A stretch of DNA of 63,964 nucleotides, filler included, from Octopus bimaculoides (GCF_001194135.2; 7 parts of 6 records of this genome joined end to end with filler, not necessarily neighbours in it); one strand, 5' to 3'; counted from the first letter of the whole stretch, positions 25,641-38,734 are shown. Notes: generated by a model not told the origin, from the sequence alone. Made by a program: numbers and translations.

Positions 25641-26000
25641 GGAGGCGCAATGGCCCAGTAGTTAGGGCAGCGGACTCGCGGTCATAGGATCACGGTTTCG
25701 ATTCCTAGACCGGGCGTTGTGAGTGTTTATTGAGCGAAAACACCTAAAGCTCCGGCAGGGGATGGTGGCGAACCCTGCTGTACTCTTCCACCACAACTTT
25801 CTCTCACTCTTTCTTCCTGTTTCTGTTGTACCTGTATTTCAAAGGGCCAGCCTTGTCACACTGTGTCACGCTGAATATCCCCGAGAACTACGTTAAGGGT
25901 ACACGTGTCTGTGGAGTGCTCAACCACTCGCACGTTAATTTCACGAGCAAGGCTGATCGGATCAACTGAAATCCTCGACGTCGTAAGCGACGGAGTGCCA
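25641..26000 (+). mobile_element. tRNA-derived SINE family C, full length
   Basis: A-box 'tggcccagtagtt', B-like 'ggtttcgattcc', tail 'gtcgtaagcgacggagtgcca' + (ACA)n. Other copies at 38735-39035 (+), 52735-53112 (-) and 60560-60775 (-). Confidence 0.85.
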
Positions 26001-26029
26001 ACAACAACAACATTGTTTTCGTGTGGTGA

Positions 26030-26450
26030 ATTAACAGAATGGTAAGAGCATCGAAAGAAACGCCTTGCGAATTTACTTCCGACTGCTACGTTGTGAATTC
26101 CAATTATTCCCGGTTCAATTTTGTCTTTCATGCTTTCGGGGTCAATCAAATAAAGTATCAGTCAAATACAGGGATGTATAACATCAACTAACACTTTCTC
26201 TTTAAAATTGCTGGCCTTGTGCCCAAATTAGAATAAATTATTATTCAAGGCGGTAAGCTAAGAGAATCATTAGCACGTCGGACAAAATAAATTCCGGCTT
26301 TATGATTTGACTTCAAAGCTCGTCCAGATCAATTTTGCCTTTTATCTTTTCGGAATCGGTGGAATAAATACCTGCTGAGTATTGGAGTGGTTGTAATCGA
26401 CTTTTCTCTCCTCCAAAATTGCTGGCTTTGTACTAAGATTATTATTATTA
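26030..26450 (+). mobile_element. Two diverged SINE family B copies
   Basis: 'tgctttcggggtcaatcaaataaagtatcag' and 'ttttgccttttatcttttcggaatcgg'. Confidence 0.6.
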
Positions 26451-26562
26451 TTATTATTATTATTCCTACCTTTTCGGACAAAACCTTTTGTAACTTTCGT
26501 CCTGTCTTTGTCCTTACATGTTTTTAATTGATATTAGCCCTTGTGGCCAATAAAACGAATTA

Positions 26563-26648
<86 letters not shown>

Positions 26649-26677
26649 CATTATTATTATTATTTATTATTATTATT

Positions 26678-28066
26678 CAGTATCCTATTTTAATCACGTA
26701 CTTTCACTGCACTACTGAGCGCAGTTCTGTGTGCCTTGGGTATGTGCTGTGTTTTGTTGCGATGCTCTTATTTTTACTGTATTGAAAGTGTTTTACGTCG
26801 GATGTGTGCGGTGCCTAGTAGTGCTATTTTCTGTATATTATGTATACTTGTTATTCCTGGTGTTTTTGTTATGTATTTGTCTGAATATTTGTTTATCATA
26901 CCTAATGCGTCCACTATGATAGGAATCGTTTCTGTTTTCAGACTCCACATTCGAGTTACCTGTGTTTCCAGGTCTCTGTATTTTGAAAGTGTCTCCTTCT
27001 CCGTTTCTATTAGAGAAACATTGTTATCTGTTGGCATTGACACATCAACTAGAAAGCATTTTTTTCCTTCGTGATCTCTGACAACTACATCTGGCTTATT
27101 GGCCTTAATTTCTTTATCTGTGTGTATTAGCATATCCCGTAGTATGGTTGCTTTCTCGTTTTCTGTGACCTTTTCTGGCGTGTAACTGTGCCATCATTTT
27201 TCTGTTGTTATTTTATATTGTTCGCATATCTTCCAGTGTATATAGATCCCAACTCTGTCATATCTGTGAATATATTCTTTCTTAGCCAGGACTGGGCAGC
27301 CAGAGACAATAAGATTTATTGTTTCTTGTCCATCTCCACATATTCTGCTGCGGTTACTTGTATTTCTTTTCATTACATGTCTTTGGTAATTTCTGGTGGG
27401 GGAGACTTTGGTCTTGTGCTGCGATTAAAAATCCTTCAGTCTCTGCTTTGCGTCCTGAGCTTCTCAGCCATTGTTGGGAATTTTGCTTTGCCTACTTCTT
27501 TTCTGTTTAGTTTAATCCAGTATTTGACATGGAGGAGCTTCTCTTGCTATCGATTTATCATGATCCGTTTCTGTTCCAGTTTTAGTTTGGATTTCAGTTG
27601 TTTTACAACTTTTGTTCTTTCTTCTTTTTCTTCATATTTGTTAGGTACTATGACTTTTTTGTATATGTCAGCTTCTTTAAAGACTGAAAACAGTTTTTTT
27701 TATTTGTTCGTGCTTTGTGGCTGTTTGTATTAGTTTTCCTTGCTTTTGAAGCAGGCACATCTGTAGTCCTATGGTGGTCATTTTGTAATAGTTTTCTAGC
27801 TGTATAAGGCCTCTACAACCTTCCGTACGTTGTATATATAGTCTTTCTATGTCAGATTTTGGGTGGTGCATCCTAAATCCTGTCATTATTTTTCTTGTGT
27901 GTCTGTCTATTTTGATTAGTTCCTTTAGAGTCCAGTTAAGAATATTGTAGCTGTAACATATAACTGGGACGGCTAGAGTGTTGATACTTGTTATCTTGTT
28001 TTTCGCATTGCGTCCTGTTTTCAGTATTAATCTAACTAGTCTATAGTATTCTTTTCTTATCTTCTC

Positions 28067-28068
<2 letters not shown>
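26678..28068 (-). mobile_element. R4/Dong-like LINE, 1.4-kb 3' portion (RT thumb, zinc knuckle, RLE, 3' UTR)
   Basis: HHPKSDIERLYIQRTEGCRGL; RICGDGQETINLIVSGCPVLAKKEYIHRYD; ANKPDVVVRDHEGKKCFLVDVSMPTDNNVS..LSKYRDLE. Long (TAA)n tracts on both sides. Confidence 0.9.
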
Positions 28069-28138
<70 letters not shown>

Positions 28139-28139
28139 T

Positions 28140-29790
28140 GAGAGTCACCCTGGAAAATGCCACATGAAATTCAAACACCTCCAGCATTGAGAGATTCATT
28201 GTCACTGTTCAAAATCAATGTAGTTCTCCATGATCTCACACTTACAGACAAGAAATTTCGCATAGTAGGTGCTATTTTATACATTTCCAGACATTTCTTA
28301 ATCCAGCTATGTGGTAGACAATCAAAAATTTTTATAGTCTACCCAGGATATCGACAAGCTTTTGTGTCGTTTGTGACAATCTTCCAAGATCATCTTGTTG
28401 ATGAGTAGCTGATCTTTACAACCATAACACCCACGTTTACATCTTTTTTGCTTATTAGGGAATATGCTACTTTTTATTAAAAAAACTATTGGTATATTCA
28501 GTCAAGACAGATGTTGTTAAGCAAGTTATGGGTCAATAATTTTTTGGTTCATTTGTTTCTTCATTTTTTGGAAGTACGAATATAACACCATTAACTAGCC
28601 AAGAGAGAATCATACTAGGCTGTTGCAAAACATTGTTGTAGATTTTTGTTAGCAGTTCATGACTCTCTGGAAAGACAATCGGAAGTTAAGAAGTTTATCC
28701 TTTCCTGGAAACTTCCATTTGCTTGACTTCCCGAGAGCAGATCTTACATCCTCTACCTTAATACCCTCCCACTTTTGCTCCTCTAAGGTGTCTAAGTCAG
28801 TAGATATTCTATCAATCCAAGGGGTCTTTTTATTGTGTGCTTTTTCCTCTGCCCAAATTTTATTCCAAAATTCCTGCACTTCTTCTTTTGATGGGACAGA
28901 CTTTACTATAACTGGTATTTTTCTTATCTTCCTGTAAAAAGAATTTGGGGCTATTTTTGAACATGTTGTTGTCCTTGAAGAATCTAACGCGCTTTTCATA
29001 CTTTGCTATGCCGGCAGCTTTAGCACACACCTTTTGTTTGATAGTTTCTATGGTGGTATCGATGTCAAGTATGGTTTTCATATATCTTTTCTTTAATTTT
29101 CGGATTTTTGTTGGTTTGATAGTCTTGTCAAACTTAAAGTTTTTTAAACATTCTATGTCAGACCTAAGTAGCTGAATTTGATGTTGAATACGCGCTTGCC
29201 AAATAGGCTTTTTGTGGGAATCTTGTCATTTTCTAATCTTTTAACAACATAAAATCGTTGAGATTTTAGCGGGTGCATAGTACAGGTGGTTGAAATCTGT
29301 GATATCAACATCATTAGCTGAAATTATATCCTTAAGTATAAGGCGGATTTTACCAATTATTTTCAGGTTTCGGTTAGAGTTGCAAATTTTGGGGAGAATG
29401 TCACGTTCCTTCATACTGGTTTCTTTAATTTTCAGCCATTCAATCATGATTTGATTTATTAGCTCATCTAGTTCATTTGGATCAATTTCTGCGTGACTTT
29501 CTTCATCTATTTAATTTTCCTCTGCCGTAGTGTTTATGGCTGGTTCAGAGAGTATTTCACTTTGCCTATCAGTTACATTAACTCTTTCAATCATTATTGC
29601 ATTTTCATCAGACATGTGTTGGTCTATAATTATTTCTTCAGTAGTATCTTCTTTATCTGTAACTTGGTTCTCTTTATCCCTTACTGATTGTTTAATTTGG
29701 TCAATCTCTAATTCAGTCAGTAATTTCTTTTCATAGTGTTTCTTTTGACGTTGGTAAGTTTGTTCCTGTCTATGTGGGGGTCTTACTTCA
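28140..29790 (-). mobile_element. RLE LINE 5' portion (N-terminus to RT motif 4), decayed
   Basis: KQKVCAKAAGIAKYEKR; PSKEEVQEFWNKIW; WKFPGKD; GCKDQLLINKMIL; SWVDYK; GIFQGDSL, ending at a (TAA)n tract. Confidence 0.85.
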
Positions 29791-29899
29791 AGCTGCTTCC
29801 GTCTCTAGTTTAGGTAGGTTTGTTCAGTATTAGATTTATTTGTGGAAAAATACATGGACTGATAGAAGGCCTTAAGAACTTCTTTATTATCTCACCTAG

Positions 29900-30990
29900 T
29901 TTATTATCTCACCTTCTAGTTTCTATTATTCTATCAGTTTGATTGTTAAAGTCCCACAACATCTTATATTTATTACTTTCTTTTAGTTTTTTAGGTTCAT
30001 GTTCTTACCATTTTGACAGTATAGTCAAATCTTAGCTTTCTACATAACTCCCAATGGATTACTTTCCCTAGGTTGCCATGTCTTTTCATGTATTCTTTCT
30101 GTGTAAGCATACTACATTCATTTACTGTGTGAGTTACTCTTCCCTCTTTTAATTTGCATATCCAACATAGAGAATCTACTTGGTTTTTGTATATCTTGGC
30201 TTTTATCCAATTAGTCCTTAATACTTAATCTTATACAGCTACTGACAAGCTTTCTGTCTCCCCTTTGAGCCTTCCTTTCTGCAACTATGTCTCACCATGT
30301 TAACTATCTTTGGGAACCTACTACACAAAGCCTTCTCCTACAAGTCAAATGACTTTTGCTATTTTTTCTGGTTTTTGACATTGTTTTTTTTTTTTGGTTT
30401 TCCTATGTCTTGCTGTGACTCAAGTAGTTTTTAATAAACTTTCTCCACTAATACTTACATAGGGGTCTATATCTACTCTAGCTAACTCCACACAATCTTC
30501 TACTGATATTGGCCCTCTACCACTTTCCTTTCTAGATAAGTATTCTCTTGCTATTTCTGCCCTTGGGTGCAGTCCTCCATTCATACTGAATTCCTTCCTA
30601 GTTCTGTCTAGCTTTGCTAATTCACTTTTTGTCCATTCTACAAAAGCTGATGAGTATCTAAGTTATGATATCGCCCAAGTATTTACAGCCTTCATTAGAT
30701 TCGGACCATTTAGCTTTGATTTCATCAGCTTCCTTACCCTTCTGATTTTCTCTTCAATTTTCGTTTGTATTTCTGTAGTTAGTACCCTGTCAGATTCTAA
30801 TACTCCTGAATACTTATAACTCTCTCCTTCTTTCAGTGGTTTTAATGTCTGGCCATCTGGTAATTGGATGCCTTCGCTGTTGACTACCTGTCCCCTTCTC
30901 ATGATAAATATTGCACACTTATCTGTGCCAAATTCCATGCCTGTATCTTTGCTGAAGAGTCTTGCAGTCTGTATTAAGGAATCTATCTAT
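29900..30990 (-). mobile_element. RLE LINE fragment (RT C-terminus to zinc knuckle), different family
   Basis: FSKDTGMEFGTDKCA; ESYKY; KSKLNGPNLMKAVNTWAI; CWICKLKEGRVTHTVNEC..KRHGNLGKVIHWELC; LWDFNNQTD. Confidence 0.85.
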
Positions 30991-31029
30991 TTTTTATTCT
31001 TATTAAAAAGCTTCTTATTATTAAGACTG

Positions 31030-31225
31030 TGTGCTGGCAAAATCGTTAGGACGCCGGACAAAATGCTTAGCGACTTTCCGTCAGTCTTCACGTTCTTATT
31101 CCGAATTCTGCCGAGGTCGACTTTGCCTTCCAATCTTTTGGGATCGATACCATTTGAACACTGGGATTCATGTAATTGACTTAGACCTTCCCACCCAAAA
31201 TTTCAGGCCTTATGCCTACAGCAGA
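31030..31225 (+). mobile_element. SINE family B
   Basis: 'ccgaattctgccgaggtcgactttgccttcc'. Confidence 0.75.
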
Positions 31226-31260
31226 AAAGTTTTTTTATATTATTATTGTTGTTGTTGTTG

Positions 31261-31296
<36 letters not shown>

Positions 31297-31652
31297 CCTT
31301 CAACATGTATCAGGAATTAATAAGTATAAAATGAAAAAAGAAAAGAAAATCATCGTTGATGCATCTCAATCATGACATCCGAATCTGCTCACTGGCGTGG
31401 GTAGGGAATTTATTTTCTAGAATAATCTCGCAAAGATGGCTAAATATAGCGGAATGAAACCTATATGTCAAAATACTGTTGTTTCATCAAGCCTACCGTC
31501 TTATTTAATCTAATCCCATTCATAGAAACGAATGAGATCTGCTTCGATCTCTTTCCTAACGGACGAACACAAGCATATACACATATATGTATAGTATACA
31601 CGTTCGCACAAATATGCTCATGCACTCACATACGCAGTGATTCAATCACGCG

Positions 31653-31683
<31 letters not shown>

Positions 31684-31775
31684 CTATATATATNNNNNNN
31701 NNNNNNNNNNNNNNNNNNNNNNNNNNNNNNNNNNNNNNNNNNNNNNNNNNNNNNNNNNNNNNNNNNNNNNNNNNN

Positions 31776-31817
<42 letters not shown>

Positions 31818-32334
31818 ATACACACACACACACATATGTACGCACACATTCAGACATACATTTAGTTCCTCTTTGTACTCGTATACTCAAACGTTCGCAC
31901 GAAAATATACCACTCGATACGTTTATGAGTGTTTGTATGTTTGAGTGTGTTTATGTATATGTAAATGTAAGAGTGTATGTGTGTGCATGTATGTATATAT
32001 ACATCTATCTATCTGTCTATCTATCTATCTATCTATCTATTAAAATGTGAATACACACAGAATAATAGAAGTTTGGCGTAAATTGGACTACGGATTCCCG
32101 AGATACATTGTTTTGTCAGGTACCTTGAACTACGGGTAGTCTAGTCAAGTGTATATATATATATATATATATATATATNNNNNNNNNNNNNNNNNNNNNN
32201 NNNNNNNNNNNNNNNNNNNNNNNNTATATATATAATATGAGTGGCTTATTAGCAATTTAACAACCTAAGGCAAATTCATATACAAGAGCACTATCTTAAT
32301 AAGCTGGAAAAGGAGATACATCTCCCTACGGTCG

Positions 32335-32393
32335 CTGACATCACTAGTGATTTCAAATCTTGATGCAAAGCATCTTTATTCTCATCAGTGGCC
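32335..32393 (-). ncRNA. Degenerate hammerhead motif (left arm)
   Basis: ggcca-CTGATGA-gaa...ttt-GAAA-tcactagtga-TG; N17=G and stem I is broken. Confidence 0.55.
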
Positions 32394-32571
32394 TTATTGT
32401 GCCTAGGGCTAAGTTCAACTCACCTTGTCAACTTAGGTTGTCAAATTACTAATAAGCTATCCATATTATTTATAGTTTTCACTTCTACCACTTTTCATAT
32501 CAGCATATGTTTTCAACGGTTTTTCTTATAAATTGAAGAGGTGAGTTGAGCTTAACCCTAGGCGCAGTAAG

Positions 32572-32631
32572 AGCCACTGATGAGAACTAATATGGTCTGC
32601 CTCAAAATTCGAAATCACTAGTGATATGGCT
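32572..32631 (+). ncRNA. Type-I hammerhead ribozyme with intact core
   Basis: agcca-CTGATGA-gaa(21 nt)ttc-GAAA-tcactagtga-TA-tggct; 5-bp stem I, palindromic ATCACTAGTGAT stem III, AUA site at 32626. Confidence 0.8.
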
Positions 32632-32899
32632 ATGTCTGCCACCGTTTGTCTCCCTTGTCAGCTTATTAAGATAGCGCTCTTGTGGCTAATGAGTCGTTTT
32701 GACTTTTATTTCTAGCAATGCCGGTACCACTCTGTACCCTCTGTCACTTTAGCGACGTCTATTTATATATATACAAGGGGTATATGAAAATTTTTGAGTC
32801 TTCAAGGCCTTTGAGCCTTGAAGTCTTGTACCTTCATCAGAAGTCTTGTGCCATATTTTTTGTTTTTCTTTTGAGGCTTAAGACTTTCATACACCTCTC

Positions 32900-32953
<54 letters not shown>

Positions 32954-33014
32954 AGGTAATATTTATCCCCACTTTAAAGTAGATGTTGTGTTAGAACATG
33001 GAATACTGTGTTCT

Positions 33015-33624
33015 TTACCATGCCAGAACATCTCATATTGGCTTTCGGTGCATATAAGCACTCTTGTTTACATCACTAGCGGGAAGGTAAATCAGCTTCA
33101 GTCACCGAGACTATCAGATCACGTGATTTCGGCCTTCCCTGGCTTTAACAATAGTAGACGGTCGGACGCTGGAGATCGTGTCGAATGTGTTTGGTATTTT
33201 ACAGATAAGGAAATAAATTTCGAACGCAATATAGCTGTGAAAATAGCAGAAAGATTGGGTATTTCTACCCTTCCGTCTATGCTAGCGATATGTATAGAAA
33301 CACAGTGCCTAAAAAGGACACTGGTGACGTGAATAGCCCGTAAGCTTATCAAAAACAATTATTAGCGGCAAAAGCAGTATTAACAGTAAAAAGTAATATC
33401 TATCGACACTTAAAAGGATACTGCGAACGTATATCGGTAGCGGAAATATCGCTGCTACCTCCAGCGTCCGAGCGTCTAGTATTGACAAAGCTTGGGAAGA
33501 CCGAAACCACGTGATCTGGAAGTCTCGGCAGTGGCGATGGTGGGCGATTTATTTTCGCGCAGGCGATGGCAAGAAGAGTGCTTATATGCACAGAAAGCCA
33601 ATGGGAGAGTTGCTCTCATGGTAA
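33015..33624. mobile_element. Non-autonomous DNA transposon/foldback with about 160-bp imperfect TIRs
   Basis: ttaccatg..attggctttcggtgcatataagcactct..gatcacgtgatttcgg..ggacgctggag mirrored at about 33455-33624. Confidence 0.75.
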
Positions 33625-33863
33625 CTGTCATCATCATTCAAAACTAACTATTTCTAATATAGGCACAAGGCCAAAAGTTTTAGTAAAAAGTGTTTCTAGT
33701 ATTTATTCTGCCGAATCACAAAAAATTAGTCCTGGGGTTGATTTGTTCGACTAAGGCGGTACTCCAGCATGGCCGTAGTCAAAAGACTGAAGCAAATAAA
33801 AGAACAAAAGAGTAAAAAGAATAGATTCATTGACTTCAAAGATAAAGTAATACAAAGCCCCTC

Positions 33864-33973
<110 letters not shown>

Positions 33974-34180
33974 GACCTAAAAATAGGCCAAGGAACCAAG
34001 AAAAATTTTGGTGAACTTTTCAATTGAAACAGTACCTGTATCAGTTCTATGGACCATTCCTAAATTGGATATATGAAGAGAGTGACAGAATATAAAATAT
34101 CCAAACTGCACACATTTCAGTGCAAAACAATTAAGCCAGCAAACAAAGGCAGAATCTTAGCAGAAAAATGGGAGCATCTG

Positions 34181-34241
<61 letters not shown>

Positions 34242-34445
34242 ATATCTACCTGTCTGTCTACCTGTCTGTTTGTCTGTCTTCCTGTCTGTCTATCTATCTA
34301 TCTATCGCTGGACGTACGTATGTGTGTATGAATAAACACGCACACATACACACTGCAGGGCATTAGTCTATTGTTTATCTTGTATATTATTTTCCACTCT
34401 AACTCTAGAGGTGAAATCGACTGTAACGATTACAAAATAAGGTCC

Positions 34446-34485
<40 letters not shown>

Positions 34486-36055
34486 GGGCTATGAAGACTG
34501 TCATCGTCAATAGCTATAAGTAGCAAACTTAAATGACGACAGCCTGAACTAGAAAGAAGAAAATAAGTTAATGAATAAATAAATAAACGAATAAAGCTGT
34601 GACATTTACTTCATGCGAAACAGATGTTATAATCCATTGAATACACCATCTGGTATAGATATACCTTTACATACAAACATCGTTGAATGTATCTTGAAAT
34701 ATTTCAGAAAGCAAAGTCGAGGAAATACTAGAGGTTTAAATATGGACAAAGTGGCTGCATATTTAAGAAGTTAGCTTCGCAACCATGTGCTTTAGTGTCC
34801 CTCTTCCACTGCGAGCCATCTTGGGCAAGTGTTTGCTTCTATTTGTTCAAGGCCGACCGATGCCTTTTAAAGGAATTTGATGAACAGAAACTGTGCAAAA
34901 GTTCGTTTGATATATGGATGCATGCATGCATGCATACATACATACATACATACATACATACAGACATACGTACATACACACGTACATTTACTTACATATG
35001 TATATATATNNNNNNNNNNNNNNNNNNNNNNNNNNNNNNNNNNNNNNNNNNNNNNNNNNNNNNNNNNNNNNNNNNNTATATATATATAATATAATATAGG
35101 ATACATTCTTTATAAGAATTTATCAAGTAGTCAGCGTGAAAAAAACCTCATAATGAAAAGAATAATGAAAAAAATTTCGTAATGAAAAAAAATTCATCAT
35201 TTTTTCATAAATATAAATAATTTTATATAAAGGGCATTAACTGTGTAGTAATGCCTCACGCTTCGAGGGACTAAATAAGTCAAAAACTACCAAAAAATAA
35301 GCAACATATTTACTGAAAGCGAGGGAATGCAGCTTTCAAAATTTATCTCTTAAAAACATTTAACTTAACGGTAGACCACTGGTTTCTCAATCAAATACAG
35401 AAAAACTGTGAAGTAACCTGCATTCATTTGTTCATCAGTACACGTATTGTCAAGATACATAAAAATAAACAAGAATCAACATACCATCGTGAGGCATTAC
35501 TACACAGTTAATGCACTTTATATAAAATTATATATATATAAATATATATATATATACTTGCATACATGCATAATACATACATACGCACATAGATGCATAC
35601 ATAATACATACATACATACATACATACATACATACATACATACATACATACATGTATGTATGTATGTATGTATGTATGTATGTATGCATACAAATTCCGT
35701 GTGTGTTGCGATCCATTACTTAATAAAAACAATTGCATGGTAAATAAACAAACGACATAACGTATATTGAATGTATAACCGGACGGGAGACAAACACAGA
35801 TGGTCCCTAATTCTTCATCAGTTATCAACCAATTGGTAATACTCAGTTTCGCACCATTAATGATAAGACTGATTAGGTAGTTCGGTTAATGATTCATAAT
35901 AATGATTTTTATACTTCATAATTCCACCTAACATCATCTAATTGTATGTATATATCTATCTTTTCTTTAAAAAGCGTTTATTTTGTTATATCTAATGTGC
36001 ATTTTCTTTGTTTCATTTTTACTTTTCACCTATATATATATATATATATATAATA

Positions 36056-37336
36056 CGAGGGGGTACCCAAAAGTAACCGGAAACGTTCTCTGTGGAATAA
36101 GCCCGTCGTAGTTTAGGCTTCTGCTGCTAGAAGCTACTTGATGCGACCCTAGGACATCAGTGTGCCGACCGGCGTCGAGTGCAATCGTACTGCCAGCTGC
36201 TACCTCTTTGTTTTGCAGTGCTTCTCCCATGTTCATCGATTTTTGCGATGGTTGAAACGAAGCGATAGCATTCTTCTGTGAAATTCTGTTTTCTGCTGGA
36301 GTAAAACGGTGGCTAGAACAGTCGTCCTGCTTCAAACAGCTTACAAGGACGCTACCATGAATAAAACACAGGTTTATGAGTGTTTTTCACACTTTAGGAA
36401 TGGTCACGTGTAGCTTGAAGACCAACACCGTTCAGAACGACCGTCGCCTACCAACCGAATGAAAATATTATGAAAATTCATGAACTGAACTTGGAGGACC
36501 ATCGCTGAACAATTGACATACTTGTTGGTATGACTGGTGTGTCCTGGAGCTCCTCCAACGACTTTTGAGCAAGGAATTGCGAATGAGAAGAGTTGCAGCA
36601 AAATTTGTGCCTCACTTGCTCACGGAAGATAAAAAGCAGTCACGACTGGATGCATGTCTTGAACTGAAAGAACAGTTGGAAGTTGATCCGAACCTTTTGT
36701 CGAAGGTTGTCAAGGGTGGTACTACGGCTACGACCCGGAAACGAAGCCGCAATCAAGTGAATGGAAGTATTCAATTTCACCACGTCCCACAAAAGCGCGT
36801 CAAGTGAAGTCCAATGTCAAGACGATGTTGATTTGTTTCATCGATCCGAAAGGAATTGTCCGCTCTGAATTGTCTCCCTCTGGTCAAACCATTAACCAGA
36901 CATCTTACTTGGAAGTTCTGAAGCGTTTCCAAGAGAAGTCGAGACGAAAACGTGGTTTCATCATGACAATGTACTTTCGCACACCACCTTGAGTGAAAGA
37001 GAGAGTTTATGCCAAAAATGGCATAATCTTGTTTACCCACCCTCCCTATTCGCTCAATCTTGTTCCCTTCAACTTTTTTGTTCCCCTGAATGAAAAAGCC
37101 CTGAAAGGAAAACACTTTTCCGATGTGGAAGATGTGAAGGAAAAAACGATGGAGGCGTTAAAAAGGCTTCACTTCGCAAGAATTCTGGGACTGCTTCGAA
37201 CTGTAGAAAGCGCGTCTGGACTGATGCATTGTTTTAAATGGAGAATACTCTTTGAAGGCGATAAAAGTGTAAACATGTAAAACTAAGTAAATAAAATGAT
37301 ATTTCAAAATCTAGATTCCTTTTCGGTACCCCCTCG
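36056..37336 (+). mobile_element. Full-length (1281 bp) decayed mariner DNA transposon
   Basis: TA flanks; TIRs cgagggggtacc(c)aaaag / cttttcggtaccccctcg. Transposase remnants: TQVYECFSHF, LEDQHRSERP, RRVAAKFVPHLLTE, VKTMLICFIDPKGIV, HPPYSLNLVP. Many stops and frameshifts. Confidence 0.92.
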
Positions 37337-37339
37337 TAT

Positions 37340-37570
37340 ACACGGCATATGTGTGTGTGTGTGTGTGTGTGTGTTTGTGTGTATGTGTGTGTGTGTGACT
37401 TTGTGGATGTGTTAGTCCCCCTACACCGCTTGACAACCGGTGTTGGTGTGTTTACGTCCCTGTAATCTAGTGGTTCGGCAACAGTGAGCAATAAGTACCA
37501 GACTTAGCAAATAAAAATTAAGTACTAGAATCGATTCATTCGACTAAAAGTTCCTCACATATGGCCAATG
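37340..37570 (+). mobile_element. SINE family A, 3' half
   Basis: 'cgcttgacaaccggtgttggtgtgtttacgtccc'. Confidence 0.75.
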
Positions 37571-37890
37571 AAAGATGGAAGATGGAATATACGAGAATTT
37601 ATTATTAATCACAATTGTTTCGACACATCTAGCATCGATTCCCCATGGGTAGGACACTCAACAACTGGTTCAGGAGCATCCGGCGGTGCAGATGTATCTC
37701 GTCGGGTGATAAATGAATATAACTCGTAAAAACAACTGTTCCGCAATGTAACTTCCCGTTTTGTAGAAAGAAAAACAACCAGACGGAGGAAATATCGTCA
37801 TTTATATAGAAGATCAAGAATAAAATCACAGATGGCAAAAAGAGAAACGAACATGCAATCCAGCGAGAAAAGTGTTAAAAAAAAAAAATT

Positions 37891-38004
37891 CATATCATAA
37901 GGGCACATGGATGTGCCTGCCTGAAGACATAAGAGTTAAAACGCTCATTAAACCACCTCTCCTATGTCTAGCAGGCAGGCACATTCGCGTGCCCTTATGA
38001 TATG
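37891..38004. repeat. 114-bp hairpin/MITE-like palindrome
   Basis: catatcataagggcac..gtgcctgcctg..gacata pairs with tatgtc..gcaggcaggcac..gtgcccttatgatatg. Confidence 0.8.
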
Positions 38005-38151
38005 AGTTTTAATTATATAATTATATAATGCTAATTTAGACCTGCAATCACTTACATTATTATTGCTGTTATTATCAATTATTTATATTGCCCTCGATAA
38101 TAATAATAACAATAATAATATCTATCTAAATATTCAGTGAATATTTGCTCC

Positions 38152-38190
<39 letters not shown>

Positions 38191-38517
38191 TATATACATA
38201 CATATATGTATACGCACACATACACACACATATACACACACGCACACACACACATACACACACATGCACGCACACACACATATACGTACACACATGATAT
38301 CAGAACAAGCACCAACTGTACTTTCCAACAAAGATGGCACCAACCCCCTCTCCCCATGATCACCACAAGCATCACTACTATAATGAACCACAATTCCATT
38401 TCCCAAAAGGTCAAATTAAGTAAGTACAGCATTCGTTGTCAATCTAATTATCTATTCATTTACAATTGATTGAGGAGTGAACATAAGGCGTGTGTCAATA
38501 GCAGCTAGGTGTGTGTG

Positions 38518-38632
<115 letters not shown>

Positions 38633-38734
38633 CTAAACATATGGAACGTACGTGTGTGAAACAGACAACCTTGTCCATAGTTACAGTACTAAATGAGATA
38701 TATCGAACTGTTTCTTTGAGTCGAGAATATGGAG

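Larger units (their letters stand above)
32285..32680. mobile_element. Inverted pair of about 140-bp HHR-bearing arms (PLE-type inverted terminal repeats)
   Basis: 32285-32425 pairs with 32538-32680, e.g. ctatcttaataagctg/cagcttattaagatag and ttctcatcagtggc/gccactgatgagaa. Confidence 0.8.

Noticed and set aside
25552-26026. Apparently identical 89-bp direct repeat (SINE C tail plus flank) about 387 bp apart
   Set aside because: It begins at a gap edge; most simply a small tandem duplication or contig-overlap artefact.
34485-34550. Hairpin g(a)ctgtcatc/gacgacagcc with eroded core-like flanks
   Set aside because: Both conserved core segments are missing bases; too degenerate to call.
35815-35905. 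Minus-strand GAAACTGAGTA and a nearby CTGATGA
   Set aside because: The parts cannot be assembled into one fold with a paired stem II; at best a badly decayed HHR.
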